Source: Lama guanicoe
Lineage: Eukaryota
Reading direction: 5' to 3'
Length of the DNA stretch: 64,000 nucleotides
NCBI GenBank assembly: GCA_013239625.1
Contig: MU056050.1
Span: forward strand, 2,404,084 to 2,468,083
The notes beneath the pieces were generated by a model. The model made no database searches. It had not been told where the DNA came from and saw nothing but the letters and a program-made list of their open reading frames with translations. Of the stretch, positions 25,801-39,072 are shown piece by piece. Each line of letters starts with the position of its first letter. Position 1 is the stretch's first letter. The position numbers and the translations under genes are program-made.

Positions 25801-28320
25801 GCTCTAATCTTTTCAATTGTACCAGGAATTTGGTATCACTTTGGTTTACTTTCTTGGCAGTAGAGGGTGAAAAGAGAGGGAGGTACAGATCCAGGGGATG
25901 CTACTTGACCCTTCCTATAATAAGAGCCCTCTCTCCGTGAATCAGTGGGTCAGAAAAAAAGTGTGCTAATTTTGCAAGTTTCCAGTGAATTGAACTCAGG
26001 CCAAGACTTAATTTGTCACCTGACTCCATACATCCCCACCCTGGAGATGGATCACAGTGGCATATGGGGTCTCTAAGAATTAGCATCAGTTCAGAGCCAG
26101 AATCTGATAACCTTCAGAAGGTTCTGGATATTTCCTTTTCCCTGGTCATGGTCCCCTAGTAAATGACCACAGGTCACAGTCTGAGGAAGGACTTGGACAA
26201 TTTGCAGAATATATCTGTGATACCACTGCAGCAGGGTCCTTTCTCAAAGAGATCTGGCCTCCCCCTTAATCAAGGGGCTCCAGGTCTACGAACTGGCTTA
26301 GTAGATCTGGGGACAGAGTAAGAGTTCAGGCGTCTGCAAAGTTTCTGCCCACCAGACCTAGAATTTTTCTGCTTCTACATGTCACATCTATTTTATACCT
26401 AGGGAATTCCATAAACAATCATCCACTCCAACAGATGGAGGCCAAACACTCTGACACCACTCTATCCCTGTGCTTTATTACGTTAATTGCACCCACCTTA
26501 GTTCTGACAGTTAAGTGCCATCGCTTGCACTCTACCATTTAGACCCTATTATTCCTACTGAAATCAGGGAGCCCAGTTCTCTTGAAGCGTCTCTCACCAT
26601 CGTCTCTGGCCTGCAGAGGATATTCTGCAGAGCTTTTCAATAGTGCTAGTGCTCCTCTCACCAATGTGTTTCTCCATGCCTCATTGTAGAGTATCCTCCC
26701 AGTAGGGTAACCAACTTGTCCCAATTTTCCTGGGACTGTCATGGTTTTAAAACTGAAAATCCTACAACCCAGGAAACTCTAGTGCACAGTCGTCCTATGC
26801 ATGTCTGGAAGTGGTCACTGAGACAGTCACATGTAATAGATCCACTTTAACATTCCCTTCTCCTTGGGCATTACAGGCTACACCAAAATTTAACAATTCT
26901 TATGGGAGTGGAGGCAATGAAGTGTTGGGGGGTTGATCCTAAGGAGAATCAGCATTCCTCGTAAGGCAAACACTCTAGTGGAAGTCACTAGATAGTTTTA
27001 TGTTGAGGAAGGCTGGTAGTGTTAGACAAGGGATATAGGACTGCTTCTACTGGCAAGGAAAGTTCAAGAGAACTTGGAGTCTTCATTTTTCTCAGCTTCA
27101 TCTGTTTATGCCCAGATATTTTCACCCAATGTGTTAGGATCTTATTCTTTCCCCAGGAGTGCCCATAACTTTAGCCTAGGAGTCCTAGCAAGGCTATAAC
27201 CATAACAGATGCTGTACCTCTGCAATATGTGTAATCAGTCCCTGAGCATGATCTTCATACCTGTCCTGCAGCTCCAGGAGAATAAAGACCACTTTAATGG
27301 TGGAATTCAGGCTCTTCGATTTTCCACTATGATCTGAGTTATACATTCAAGGCTTTTCATTTGTCCTCTTTTCTGTGTAAGCTCTCTACGAGCATCAGAA
27401 GCAGTTAGCCCTAGCCACATCCACTGCAATCGTCATTGTCACCATAGGGACTAAGTGCTCTAGCCACTTGATTTCCGAAAGCTTTGCCCTCCACTTGTAT
27501 TTCATTTCAAGCCACTGTGGGTGATAATTTGAGTAATCATCATTCAGTGCATGCCACGCATTACAAGTGTCCTATTTCCCTTAGAAAAGAGGTTGTCACA
27601 GATTGCATTCTTTAGGAGACAAAAGCTGAAACCGAGTTAGGCGTGCAAACGGTTCACTGGAGAGTGAAACCTCTAAAGGAAATGAGGAGGCGGTAGAACA
27701 AGGCAGAGGCAGTACAGGCAGGCAAGGCAAACCCATATGCCAAGTATGTATTGATTCCATTAAGGACAACTCACTGTCCCCTCCAAGGTGGAAGGGGTCC
27801 AATATAATTAACTTGCCATAAGGTGGCTGGCTAGTGTCCCCTCAGTCACTGGTACTGTATAAAGAACTCACCGTTGGTCTCTGCCGTTGGTTTCTTGGGA
27901 ACTCAGCAGTAGCTGTAGCTACATCAGCCTTGAAAAGGTGAAGCCCACACTGCTAGGCTCAGACATAGCCTCCCTCCCCTCTGTCATAACCACCCACTCA
28001 TGGGCCCATTGCGTGAGTACTGAGTGGCTCAGGAGAAATGAGTGGCTAAGGCGAAATGTTGGCTTATCCACTTGGCTGCTTTTTAATATCCTCTGCAGTG
28101 ACTGCTCTTTGGTGGATATTAACATGAAACACAAAACTTGCACACTTTGAGCCCACTCCCAGAGGTCTATCCACATATCCCTTGCACAGATTCCTGCCAC
28201 TGGTATTCCAGCATTGTTCCTTCTATGGATTCACAGTATGTCCATATATCAGGCTTCCCCTTCCTCCACACAAAGTGAATGGCCAAGGGTGCTGCCCACT
28301 GGAATGATTTCCCTAAGGCA
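22863..28320 (-). mobile_element. Degenerate ERVL (class III) internal sequence: gag-pro-RT-RNaseH-IN remnants
   Basis: The minus strand at ~25500-25850 reads as decayed ERVL RT (YQIPG...IRATTKDLK...PVWP...VFFLEHINTASGT). ORF 27919..28200 (ARDMWIDLWEW...WAHE) resembles ERVL RNaseH/IN. Many stops and frameshifts. Confidence 0.82.
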
Positions 28321-28449
28321 GATAGGAAAAAGGGCAAAAGAAGTGGGCCAGCATTTTACAGAGGAGGCAAGATGAATGTAATCAGAGCAATGCAAAAATA
28401 ACATCATATTCTATATACATGATGCCACCAGATTACCAACAATTCAAAT

Positions 28450-28610
28450 TTCAGTGTCCATAGGTAATGTTTTATTAAGATGCAGCCACACTCATTCATT
28501 TACATATAGTCGACGACTGATTTCACACTACAGTGGCAGAGCTGTGTAGCTGCCTCAGACTGTGCAGCCTGCAAAGCCAACAACACTTACTGTCAGCTCC
28601 TTTTCTAGAC
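28450..28610. mobile_element. MER58-like hAT-Charlie fragment
   Basis: cagccacactcattcatttacatat...cacactacagtggcagagctg...cctgcaaagcc. Confidence 0.7.
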
Positions 28611-28804
28611 AGTAAAGTTTAAAAAATTTTTAAGTTAAAATTAAGGTAAGTTAAACACAGCATTTCAACATTCCTAGCTCATTCAGAACATTCTTAGACA
28701 TAGCATAGAGGAAAGACTAAGGAAAAGAACTGGTGTCTTTCTACCTGGAAAAGATAGCTAGGAAGAGAGCTGGGGGAATGCTAACTAAAAATGAAAACCA
28801 AAGT

Positions 28805-28990
28805 CAGTGGGTCTCAAACTTTAGCATGCATCAGACTCCCCTGGAGGGCTTGTGAAAAATACAGACCACTGCCTACTCCAGGCTGTTTGATCCAGTAGGT
28901 CTGGGGTGACACTTGAGAATCTGCGTTTCTAGCAAGTTCCCAGGTGATGGTCATGTTGCTGGTCTGGAGACCACACTATGAGAACTGCTG
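28805..28990. mobile_element. MER5A (hAT-Charlie)
   Basis: cagtgggtctcaaactttagcatgcatcaga...ggagaccacactatgagaactgctg, with terminal inverted repeats. Confidence 0.88.
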
Positions 28991-30017
28991 CCCTAAGAGT
29001 TAGAAGTGGTTACTAAGCTGAGGCACTTCAGTAATCTGCATCAGAATCACCTAGATCCCTGGCCTCATGGGGCTTACGTTCGAGTGGAAAAGTGATATAA
29101 TAAAAAAACAGATACATAATGTCATATAAAATAAAGCAGAGTAAGGCCATGGAGCGTGAAAGGGCATGCTATTTAAGACATGGTGGTCAAGTCAGGCCTC
29201 TTTAAGAAGACAGCATTGGACAGAGACCTTAATGAAAGGAGAGAGCAAGCTATTAATATGTTAATATTCATGTTCATTCATGTTATGTTAAAATGTGAGG
29301 GAAGAGTATTCCAGGCAGAAAGAACAGTCAGTGCAAAGACCACGAGACAGGAATGTGCTTGATGTGTGTTCCTGGAACAATTTAAAGCCAAGAATTTGAC
29401 TCTGTTATTTCTGGTTCTTTGTGTTCTTCCTTCCCCAGGGCAATAAGCTTCAGTTTATTCTCTATCACACAAACAGGGTCACACAATACAGGCTGTTCTG
29501 TAACTTGCATTTTCCCATAATGATAAATCATGAACATTCTTTCATGTCAAAATATTTAAGATCAGCCTCATTGTTTACAAAGGTTGAATATTTCATTGTA
29601 GAAATGTATCAGGGATTTACTTTTTTTAAATCAATGATTTGTAGTATCACCAATTTTCTATAAATGAACATGTAGATTGTTTCCAGTTCTTGGCTATGAC
29701 CCAGAAAATGATGTAGTATGTTTTCTTCATATGTGTGTGTGTGTCTACTTGTTCGTGCATTCCTTTAAGCACTAAAAACTTACTGAGCTGGTACTATGTG
29801 TTAGGTATTGTGTTGTATGCTGAAAATACAACGGTGAACAAAATAGACATGGCTCTTGCTCTCATGGAATATAAGGTCTACTCGGGGGGAGAAAATCATA
29901 CAACAAATAGGCAATTGCAAATTGTGAGACAGGCCAGCAAGATATGGCAGACACCATTGTTCAGCTAACCCAACTCCCACTTCAGCCAGAGTTTTGGCCA
30001 ATGAGCCAAAGTGGTTT

Positions 30018-30545
30018 GTGGTAAGCAAATGATGGCCCTCCCCACCCCACCCCCAACACACACACCGTGTCCTAATCCCCAGAACCCATGGAGATGTTAA
30101 GTTATGCGGCAGTAGGGGAATTAAGGTTGCAGATGGAATTAACCTTGTTAATCAGTTGACCTTAAAATAGAGAGCCTAGCCTGGGTTATCCAGGTGGGCC
30201 CAATGTAATCACAAAGATCCTTAAATGTGCCCAGACTGTGGGCCAGAGTCAGAGAAGGCGATATGGTGACAAAAGCAGAAGTCAGAGTGATGTGATTACT
30301 GGCTGTAAAGACGGCAGGGAGCCACCAGCCAAGGAATACAGACGGACACCCTTCAGAAGCTGGAAAAGGCAAGGAAACCGGTACTCCCCCTAGAGCCTCC
30401 AGAAGGAGTGCAACCTTGCTGACACTGAATTTTAGCCTAGTGAGACCCATTCCAGCTTTCTGACATCCAGAACTGTAAGATAATGAACTTGTGTTGTTGA
30501 AAGCCACTGAATTTGCAGAGATTTGTTACAGCACTCATACGAAAC
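30018..30545 (+). mobile_element. MaLR LTR (MLT1C/D-like)
   Basis: gttgcagatggaattaa...ttatccaggtgggcccaatgtaatcacaa...ccagaactgtaagataat are hallmark MLT1 motifs. Confidence 0.85.
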
Positions 30546-31189
30546 CAATGCATGGGTTCTTTCCCGATACAGCTGTTGTCCCTTCCTCGTCTTCCTTAGG
30601 TTTGCCTTGCATGCAGAGATGGAAACATCATCTAGTGACATCAAGGAAAAGGCCCAAGAACTGCAAAGCCATCAGCCGTGACATTGTTGAGCTGCTGAAT
30701 AAATGCCAGCAGCCCCTAACCTCCTGCCTTCCAGTTCTGTGAGAAAAATAAAGTCAGAGATTCGTGCAGACACGAGCATCCCTGAGTGACAAGCAGGTAA
30801 AAATAGAAGGGGCTACGAGACAATGTCACAAAGACCTAACCTGAGCACAAAAGGTGTGTGCTGTGGAACTTCTTTTTCTGTTCAACATCCATTCCTCTTC
30901 CTATTTGGGGGGAAATCCCCAGTATGTACAGCATCAGGGGACTGCACTACCAAAACCCCCACTTCACGACTGAGAGAGACTCTCACCCATGCTGGGTTGG
31001 GATAGTGTACAGATGGCAGGAAGTGCACTGGTTTGTGCAGTAGCTCTAGCACTTGAAAGATGGAAACCTTCTGGCCTGCACTGTACACTGGCTGAGCACA
31101 CTCCCGTGGCAGAAAGTCCTCAAGCAGAGAGTGGCAGGTGCTGGTGGGAAGCTTAGCATGGCTGAAGCAGGGAAATATGTTTCTGCTAT

Positions 31190-33120
31190 GAGAGAAAAGA
31201 GACTATTTACTTGGTGACCATGTGTTTGTAAGAATGGGGAGAATAAACCTGGGAAAGGATCTTGAGTGTACTGAGCCAGGGAGGACTATAAAGCTGGATA
31301 TGGGAGAGTTTATTGATATTGGAACACTCTCCCATGACTCAGGATTAACGTCCTGGCAAGGCCACCTGGAGCCAGTCCTAGTATGCTGCTGGGATGGCTC
31401 CTTGAAACTTGGAAACAACAAAGCCTATATAGTAAATGAAGTGGAGTTGTTGAAACTGCCTTGACTGAGAGAAGGGCCAAAAGCTCATAGAGGTGGGCAA
31501 ACTGGAATGGCTTTGTTATGTAAGACCAGAGAACATGCCAGTTGACAGTGTCCCCTGGGAGGGCCCAGCGGACACTTCTTTTGTTAAGGCAATAAGAAAT
31601 GTGTTCCCTACCATGTTGGAAAGCTCCATGGTGGCTGTCGTCTTTGGTTGGGGTTCATGATAGGGTAGACTGCTATGTTAACTTGGCTCCTTGCTGTCAA
31701 TGGGGATGATAGGAATCTAGACTAGCAGAGGTCAGATGGCAAGAGTCAACTATCAGAGTCAAGGTGAGTGCAATAACCATAATGGACAGCAAGTCTGGAA
31801 TGGCAAAGATGGGGCTTCCCCCTGTAGGGGTCTGTAGAGATGGCTAAAAAACTGGCATTCCTAGGAACGACACAGATGGCAAGCTGTATTAGTTCACTAG
31901 GGCCACCATAACAAGATACCGCAGACTTAGTAGCTTAAACAACCATCACTTATTTTCCCACAGTTCTAGAGGCTAGAAGTCCAAGATCAAGTTGTTGGCA
32001 GGGTCAGCTTCTTCTGAAGCCTCTCTCCTTGGCTTGCAAATGTCTGCCTTCTCACTGTGTCCTCAAATGGTCACCCCTCAGTCTGTGTATTGTCTGTGTC
32101 CTAATTTCTTCTTCTTCTAAGGACACCAGTCATGTTGGATTTGGGCCTATCCAAATGACCTCATTTTACCTTAATTACCTCTTTAAAGGCCCTATCTCAA
32201 AATATATCACATTCTGAGGTCCTGGGGGTTAGGACTTTAATATGTGGATTTTGCAGGGGCACAATTCAGCCCCTAACAGAACTCAACAAGGATAGTGCAT
32301 ATAAAGGTGGGGGCAAAAAATAAGAATAGTTGAATGGTAAACTGATGTCAGTTACCACAATGGAAAAATCATGATCCTTTGCCTAGTTTCCATCCCCAAT
32401 CAAGTGCTCAGATCCAGAGCAGATCAAGTAAAGAAAAGGCCGGGTCACCCTGAAGAGGGACCCTGCAATGCCACGGCAAACACATAGTTATGATTCCAGC
32501 AACTCTACCTCAAGAGAACTTAGGCTATTTATCAGTGTAACTGTATAGTGGGGAAAGACGAATACTGATACTTCAGGGCCCCCTATCAGAGCAGGATGGA
32601 TGGAGGCCTAGTCAGAAATGGAGTCCTGGCCCAATTTCACAGTGAGTCCAATGGATCCATACCCATTCTGTGGTCATTTCTCTGGTCCTTGAGTGTATTC
32701 TTGGAAGAGACATATTGAGCAGTTAGAAGAATCCTCAAATTATTCCCTCACATAACAAGTAGAAGCCATTAGGACAGAAATGGCTAAGTGGAAGCTTCTG
32801 AAACTCCCTCACCCAGCCAAAATAAGAAGCGATGCCACATCCTGACCGGGCTGCCAGTGAGTAATGCCAGTTTCCTCACCTCCTGCTCAGGCAAGACATT
32901 CTGAGGTGTGCTCCACCGTCACCTAGAAATCCCCAGGAAGTCTGAGCCCAAGTTGTCCACAGCCATACCCGCTCACTAATGCACCTTGCACTGTTTTCCA
33001 TCCTTCCCTGCCCCACTTTTCATTTCCCTATCGATGCTTCGTAGAATCACCTCCCAAAGAGATTATTTGTACTCAAATCCATACCTCAGGGTCTAATTCT
33101 GGGAGAACCCAACCTAACAC
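31190..33120 (+). mobile_element. Second ERVL fossil (gag and pro remnants) ending in an LTR16-like LTR (~32860-33120)
   Basis: ORF 31222..31464 contains IKLDMGEFIDIGTLSHDSG, similar to ERVL gag (IKLDQAEFIDMG.LSRDS); 3' end ctcagggtctaattctgggagaacccaacctaaca. Confidence 0.75.
31885..32278 (-). mobile_element. MaLR LTR (MLT1A/B-like) nested in the ERVL fossil
   Basis: tgtattagtt...cacagttctagaggctagaagtccaagatcaag...cacaattcagcccctaaca. Confidence 0.85.
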
Positions 33121-34605
33121 ATCTTCTTTCTGTCATCTGTTTATCCTGAAAAAAATATACCTATAAAGGGTTTTCGTTGTTGTCATTGTTGCTGGTTGTT
33201 ACCCAAAAAAAGATCGTGTCATACACACTATTCTGCAATAATCTTTTTTCATTTTATGCTTTATGGAAATTCTTCCAGGCCAATAAGTTGTATATCTAAT
33301 TAATATTTTAATAGATGTGTCATATTCCATAGTATAGGTATACCATTCTCCTATTGCTAAACATTCAGGTAGTTTCCAGATTTGCCTCCACAAACCATGC
33401 TCCATAAGCATTCTTGGACATACAACCTAATGAACCAGTACTTCTGTTTACATATGACAGACTCTGAAATTAAGGACTGCTAGGTCAAAATGTAGGTGTA
33501 TTTTGCTTCTAAAATCTACCTCCAGATTTCTCTCTAAGAGGGTTCCAGTAACTCAATTCCCACCAGGAAAGCTGAGAGTGACCCTTTCCCCAGTCCTTGA
33601 TGGCAAACAATGCTGTTACTCCTTTAATTTTTAAATCTTAAGGATGGAAAGAGTTGCTCATTGTTACTGTAATTGGGAAGCTAAACATCTTTTTATTCAC
33701 TAGCTGTTTAGATTTTTTCTTCGCAAATTGTTTATTCATATCTTTCACCTTTTTTTTTAATTAGGCTTTTAGGTTCCTAGAATTCGTTGTGTATTAGGAA
33801 TATCACTCCTATATGGATTGTACGTGTTGCAAATACTTTTTCTAAGTCTAGAGTGTGTCATTTGATTTTGTTTATGTTGTTTTAAAACATAAAAACTCTA
33901 AAAAATCTATATAGTCAATCATGTTTATCTTTTTTAAAGGCTTCTGCATCTCATTTAAAAAGGTTCCCTGACCCCCTCAAAATGTTCTTCTAGAACCAAT
34001 AAATGTTCTCCAAATTTTCATCAAATATTTTAAATTTCTTTTGGTAAAATTGTTCATCCAGCATTGTAGATCAGTAAAGTGGGAAGAAGCTAGAATGATT
34101 CATGCAGTAATGGAGTAGAGTTGGAGACATCTGTAAAAAAAACCCATGTTTAGCTTAATGTAGATATGGATAATTACATATAAAATATTTATAAATATGA
34201 GTATACACTCTTGTTTGTATACCCACATGTATCTCCTTGCTCTGTCAGCTGAGACGGCCTAGAAGTAACCACATCCCAGAGGCAATGGGCACACCTAACA
34301 CTCAGATCTTGGTTTCTGATACCATCCTCCAATAAAAGGAACCAGGGAGAAATGGCCGATTCTAAAACTGGAGCAGGAAATATACAAGATATGCCCGAAG
34401 TGCCCCAAAGTAAGAAAGTGATCCAAAACAAAACAAAGCAAAAAAACAAAACAATTCACAACAATGAAGGTATATCAAAGATACACAGGAGCCAAACTGA
34501 AAAGGCTCCCACCAGCCAAAGCTGAAACAACCTAGGTAACAAAGTAGCATTATAACGCAAAGTATAAAATAAGTATCCATGGATCATACTGTTACAAAGA
34601 AGCGA

Positions 34606-34868
34606 GACAGAGAATACCTACTTGTGGTTGCCAGGGGGGCGGAGGGTGGGAAGGGATAGACTGGGATTTCAAAATTGAAGAATAGATAAACAAGATTATA
34701 CTGTATAGCACAGGGCAATATACACAAAATGTTATGGTAACTAACAGAGAAATAAATGTGACAATGAGTGTGTATATGTCCATGTATGACTGAAAAATTG
34801 TGCTGAACACTGGAATTTGACACAACATTGTAAAATGATTATAAATCAATAAAAAATGTTAAAAAAAA
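34606..34868 (+). mobile_element. Young lineage-specific L1 3' end inserted into an old L1M 3' region (~34060-35620)
   Basis: G-rich 3' UTR tract, tatactgtatagcacaggg motif, poly(A); TSD acaaagaa(g/a)cga. Confidence 0.85.
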
Positions 34869-37800
34869 ACAAAGAAACGATTAAATAAATAAATAGGGGA
34901 GAAGAGACAAATCTCCCATTCAGAAGAATTCTGGATAATTTATGTAGATACTCAGCCATCAAGGAGGTGCATACAACTCTCCACTGAAGTGTGGACTGTG
35001 CGTTGTGATGTTCTTCCGAAGATCACAGTACGTCAAGGAGAGGGGTAGTCATTTTTCAGGGCAGAAACCTGACAAACACTACCTCAAACAGATGATCAAA
35101 GTTTAATACCAACAGTGAAAAGTTATATTGATAATATGTCCTCTTGATATGTGATGAAATGGAATGTTGCTTCTGTGGTCTTCTTCCCCCAAATCTGTAA
35201 CCCTAGTCTAATGATGAGAAAACAAACCCCAGTTGAGGAGCATTCTACAAAATACCTGACCAATATGCCTTAAAACCATCAAGGTAATTAAAAATAAAGA
35301 AAGCCTGAGAAACTGTCACAATCAAGAGGAGTCCAGTGAGATATGACTACTAGATATAATATGGTATCCTGGATGGGATCCTGGAACAGAAAAAGGACAT
35401 TAGGGTAAAACCAAGGAAATGTGAATAAAGTATGGACTTTAGTTAACAAAAATGCATGATATTGCTTTATTAATTGTGAACAAATTATGACAAAAATACC
35501 ATCTATACTAACGCAAGATGTTAATAAAAGAAACTGAGTGTCAGGTATATGGAAACTATACTATCTTTACAATTGTTTTATAAATCTAAAATTATTTTAA
35601 AAATAAGTTTATTTAAAAAGTTGTTCAGTCATGTAGACTATATTTTTATATGGTATGATATATAAGCATGGCTGTGTTTTCTTTCATGTGGATAGCTAGT
35701 TGTGCCAACATCAATTTATCAAATCATTGAATTAAATTGCTGCTTTTTATCTATTAATTTACTATGCATATTTGGGTTTTGTTTCTGAACAATTGTACTT
35801 CACTGGTCTATGTTTTATTCCTGTACTGATACCATACTGTTTTGATTATGAATATTTTATGGTACTTTCAATATCTGGTAAAATATATTTGCAACTAATA
35901 TCACAAAGGACAAATTTCCATAATATATAAAGAGTTACAATAAAATCAATAAGAAAATGAACAACCCAGTAGAATAATAGGCAAACAAGATGAGCATATA
36001 ATTCATAAAACCATAAATACAAATGGCTCTTAAACTTGTGAAAACATGTTCAAACTCAGTCATAATTAGAAAAAGGCAGAATGAAACCATACTGAAATAC
36101 CTTTTTCACCTCATAGATAAGTAAAGATCAAAAAGTTTAATAAAATGCTATTTTTGTGAGAGTTAGAAAAATAGGCACTTTCATACATTGCTGGTGGGAG
36201 AGTAAATTGTTACAACTTTTATGGAGAGCAGTTGGCCAATATCTATAAGAATTTTAAATGTACATGCTATTTGACTCAGAAATTCTATCTAGAAATATCT
36301 TACATATACTTAGAAATACACAAATTGTATACAGTGTTATTCATTGAAACATTTTTTAATGTGAAATTGCTTTATTATTTAAGTATCATGAAGCAGAGAT
36401 TTATGGTGTTTGGTGAGAGTAATCTAGGTACATCTGGCCTGAAAGTCATGGAGCTTAGGGAAGTTTTCCCCAATATCAGATAGAAACATTATTTTTAACA
36501 GCAGACAGTTGGTCCAAAAAAAAGTATTTTGTCCATTAACAGCAGAGCAGTTAAACAAGGGTATATCCATAAAGTGAAGCTCTGTATACACAAAGGAACA
36601 ATGAAGCAAGCTCTTTGTGTACATCTCAAAGGTACATTGTTAAGACAAAGTAATATGAAGAATAATGTGTATAAAATGTGTAAAAAAAAAGATTCAAATA
36701 TCTCTGAAAGTATATGGGAGAAACTGGTGACCAAACTTGCCTATGTGGCTGAGGGAAGGGGTGGAAGAGAGCTTTATCACTGCATGCCTCTTGGTAACTT
36801 TTGAATCTGAACCATATGAATATTTAACTCATTGAAAAGAATAAATAAAATATGAATTTTTATAATAATTAAAATATAAAATTATTCTATCCATTTCAAT
36901 TAGACTTTTATAGGGATTACTATTTGAATTGAATTATATTTATCATTTGGGGAAGACTCATATTCTTATGATATTTTGCCTTTTCATTTGTTCAGATCTT
37001 ATTTTGTGTTCTTTGATAAGAAGTTATAATGTTTTTCATATAAATCCTGTACATTTCCTCTTCCATTCATTCGTAGGTATTTTAAATTTTTGTCAGTGTT
37101 GTGAATGAAGTATTTTCCCATCACTACTGGTTTTTGCTTATTTTCATATAGCTAAATTACCAAAAACCTGTATTACATCTGGTAGTTTTTGTAATACTAG
37201 AGTCTATTAAGCTTTCTATGAATATAATTTTTAAAATAGAATAATTTGCCATGTTTTTTCTAACGTGAATTTCTACTGGTTTAGTTGTGGTAAAAGCTAA
37301 ACACATTTGTAAGACAGAGACAGGGACAGAGAGAGAGGGACAGAGAGAAATACAGTGGTATAAATAAAATTGAAGTTGATTTTGTTTTCTTACACAGTTG
37401 TTGACTAGTCCAGGCTGGGGGAACACCCTTGCTCCTCCAGGTTATTCAGTGACCCATGTTCCTTCATCTTACTGCCCTGACATCTACTGGGATGTTGTCC
37501 TCATCTGCATGGTTGGCATGGAGTGACAGTTATTTCTATATTCCAGCCTGTGGGAAGTAGGGTGGAAGAGAAGTCTAGAGTAAGCAATTTCCTTTTAAGC
37601 AATTGAGGAGTACGTTGACCTCACCACGTCTGTGCATATTCTGCTGGTGCAAACACACCAAGTGGCTGCACTTAGCTTTAAGAGAAACTCAGAAATGTAC
37701 TCTCTCAGCCGTGTCCTTAGCTAAAACTGTATTTCTCAGAAAGAACAGATTTTTGAAAATAATTAGCAATCTGCTACACATATTACTTTATTTTCTTATT

Positions 37801-38309
37801 TTATTGGATTAGTTAGAACATCCAAAACAATGCTGAATAATAGTGATGATAGCATCCTTCTCTCATTTGTGATTTTAATGAAAATGACTTTTTAGTTATC
37901 ATTTAACATGTTTGTTATTGAGTTTTGGTATGTAATCTTTATCATATTTAAGTAGTTTCTTTTTAATTTCTATTTTACTTTGAATATTTATTAGGAAAGG
38001 CTGCTGAATTTTTAAATGCCTTTTCAGTTTCTATTGACACAATACTATGGGTTTTCTCTTTTAATTGTTCCATGTCATGAATTATGTTGAAGGACTTCCC
38101 AATGTTGAGTCATTTATGTATTTCTGAAATAGACCTGCTTGGTCATGGTGTGTTACTCTTTAGCCACACTGCTAGATTCCGTTTATTAATCTTTTATTTG
38201 GAATGTCTGTGTGTATATTTTGTATAAATATTATCATATTTAAATATCATATTACCATATGTAAGGCTATGCTAGCTTTACAAAATGAATTTGGGATCTT
38301 TCCATCTTT

Positions 38310-38700
38310 TCTGTGGTCTGAGGACTGGTGCCAGTCCCTAGACTGCTTGCTACCAATCCATGAAGAGATAAGTACAGAAACAGAGGAATTAGAGAACTTT
38401 ATAGAAGTTTGACAGCCTTATGACATCCAAGCAGTGATCAGTGGACTCATCAATAAATAATGCATTCAGTTTTTATAATTATCTTTTGTCCCTGTGTTAA
38501 ATTTGTTTTGATTATATTTATTGAAATGTAAAATGTAATTTATTCTTGATGAGCTTAAAAATTGAAAAGTTGGGCTTCCTTTGCTTATTATTTCGTTTAT
38601 CTAATTATTTTTATTGAATTTTACAAAAGCCTATATCCACAATAATTGTAAATTAAAAAACAAAACTCGTCCTTCATTCAGATATTTTGAAAAACACTGG
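38310..38700. mobile_element. hAT-Charlie fragment within old antisense L1 sequence (~36900-38950)
   Basis: gtggtctgaggactggtgccagtcc...gagataagtacagaaa... and terminal tttgaaaaacactg. Confidence 0.55.
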
Positions 38701-39072
38701 TAGATTAATTAAAATTATTTGTTTTTTAAAGGTTGGCTAGAATTTAGTTGCAAAAACGACCGGACCTGCTGACTTTCCATTCTCTTCTACAGTTACTGCT
38801 CTCTTCGAGGTTTCTATTTCTTGCGTCAATTCTGGTAGTTTATGGTTTGCCAGGAAATCAATCATTCCTTCTATGCATTCACATTCGATATTCTCTTAAA
38901 AGTCTTTTAATATCCTACGTATCTGTGCGGGTTTTTTAACTGACTTTAAAATTACTAACATTTTACCCCGCCTTCCTCCCTCCCTTCCTCCTTTTCTTCC
39001 TTCGTACCTTCGTCTGGCTAGCCAGGAGTTTATTTTATTGGTTCTTTCAAAACAAAAAACAAAAAACAAAAA

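Noticed and set aside
31222..31464. Domesticated ERVL gag gene (Fv1-like)
   Set aside because: Only an ~80-codon fragment surrounded by stops and frameshifts, with an MLT1 insertion downstream.
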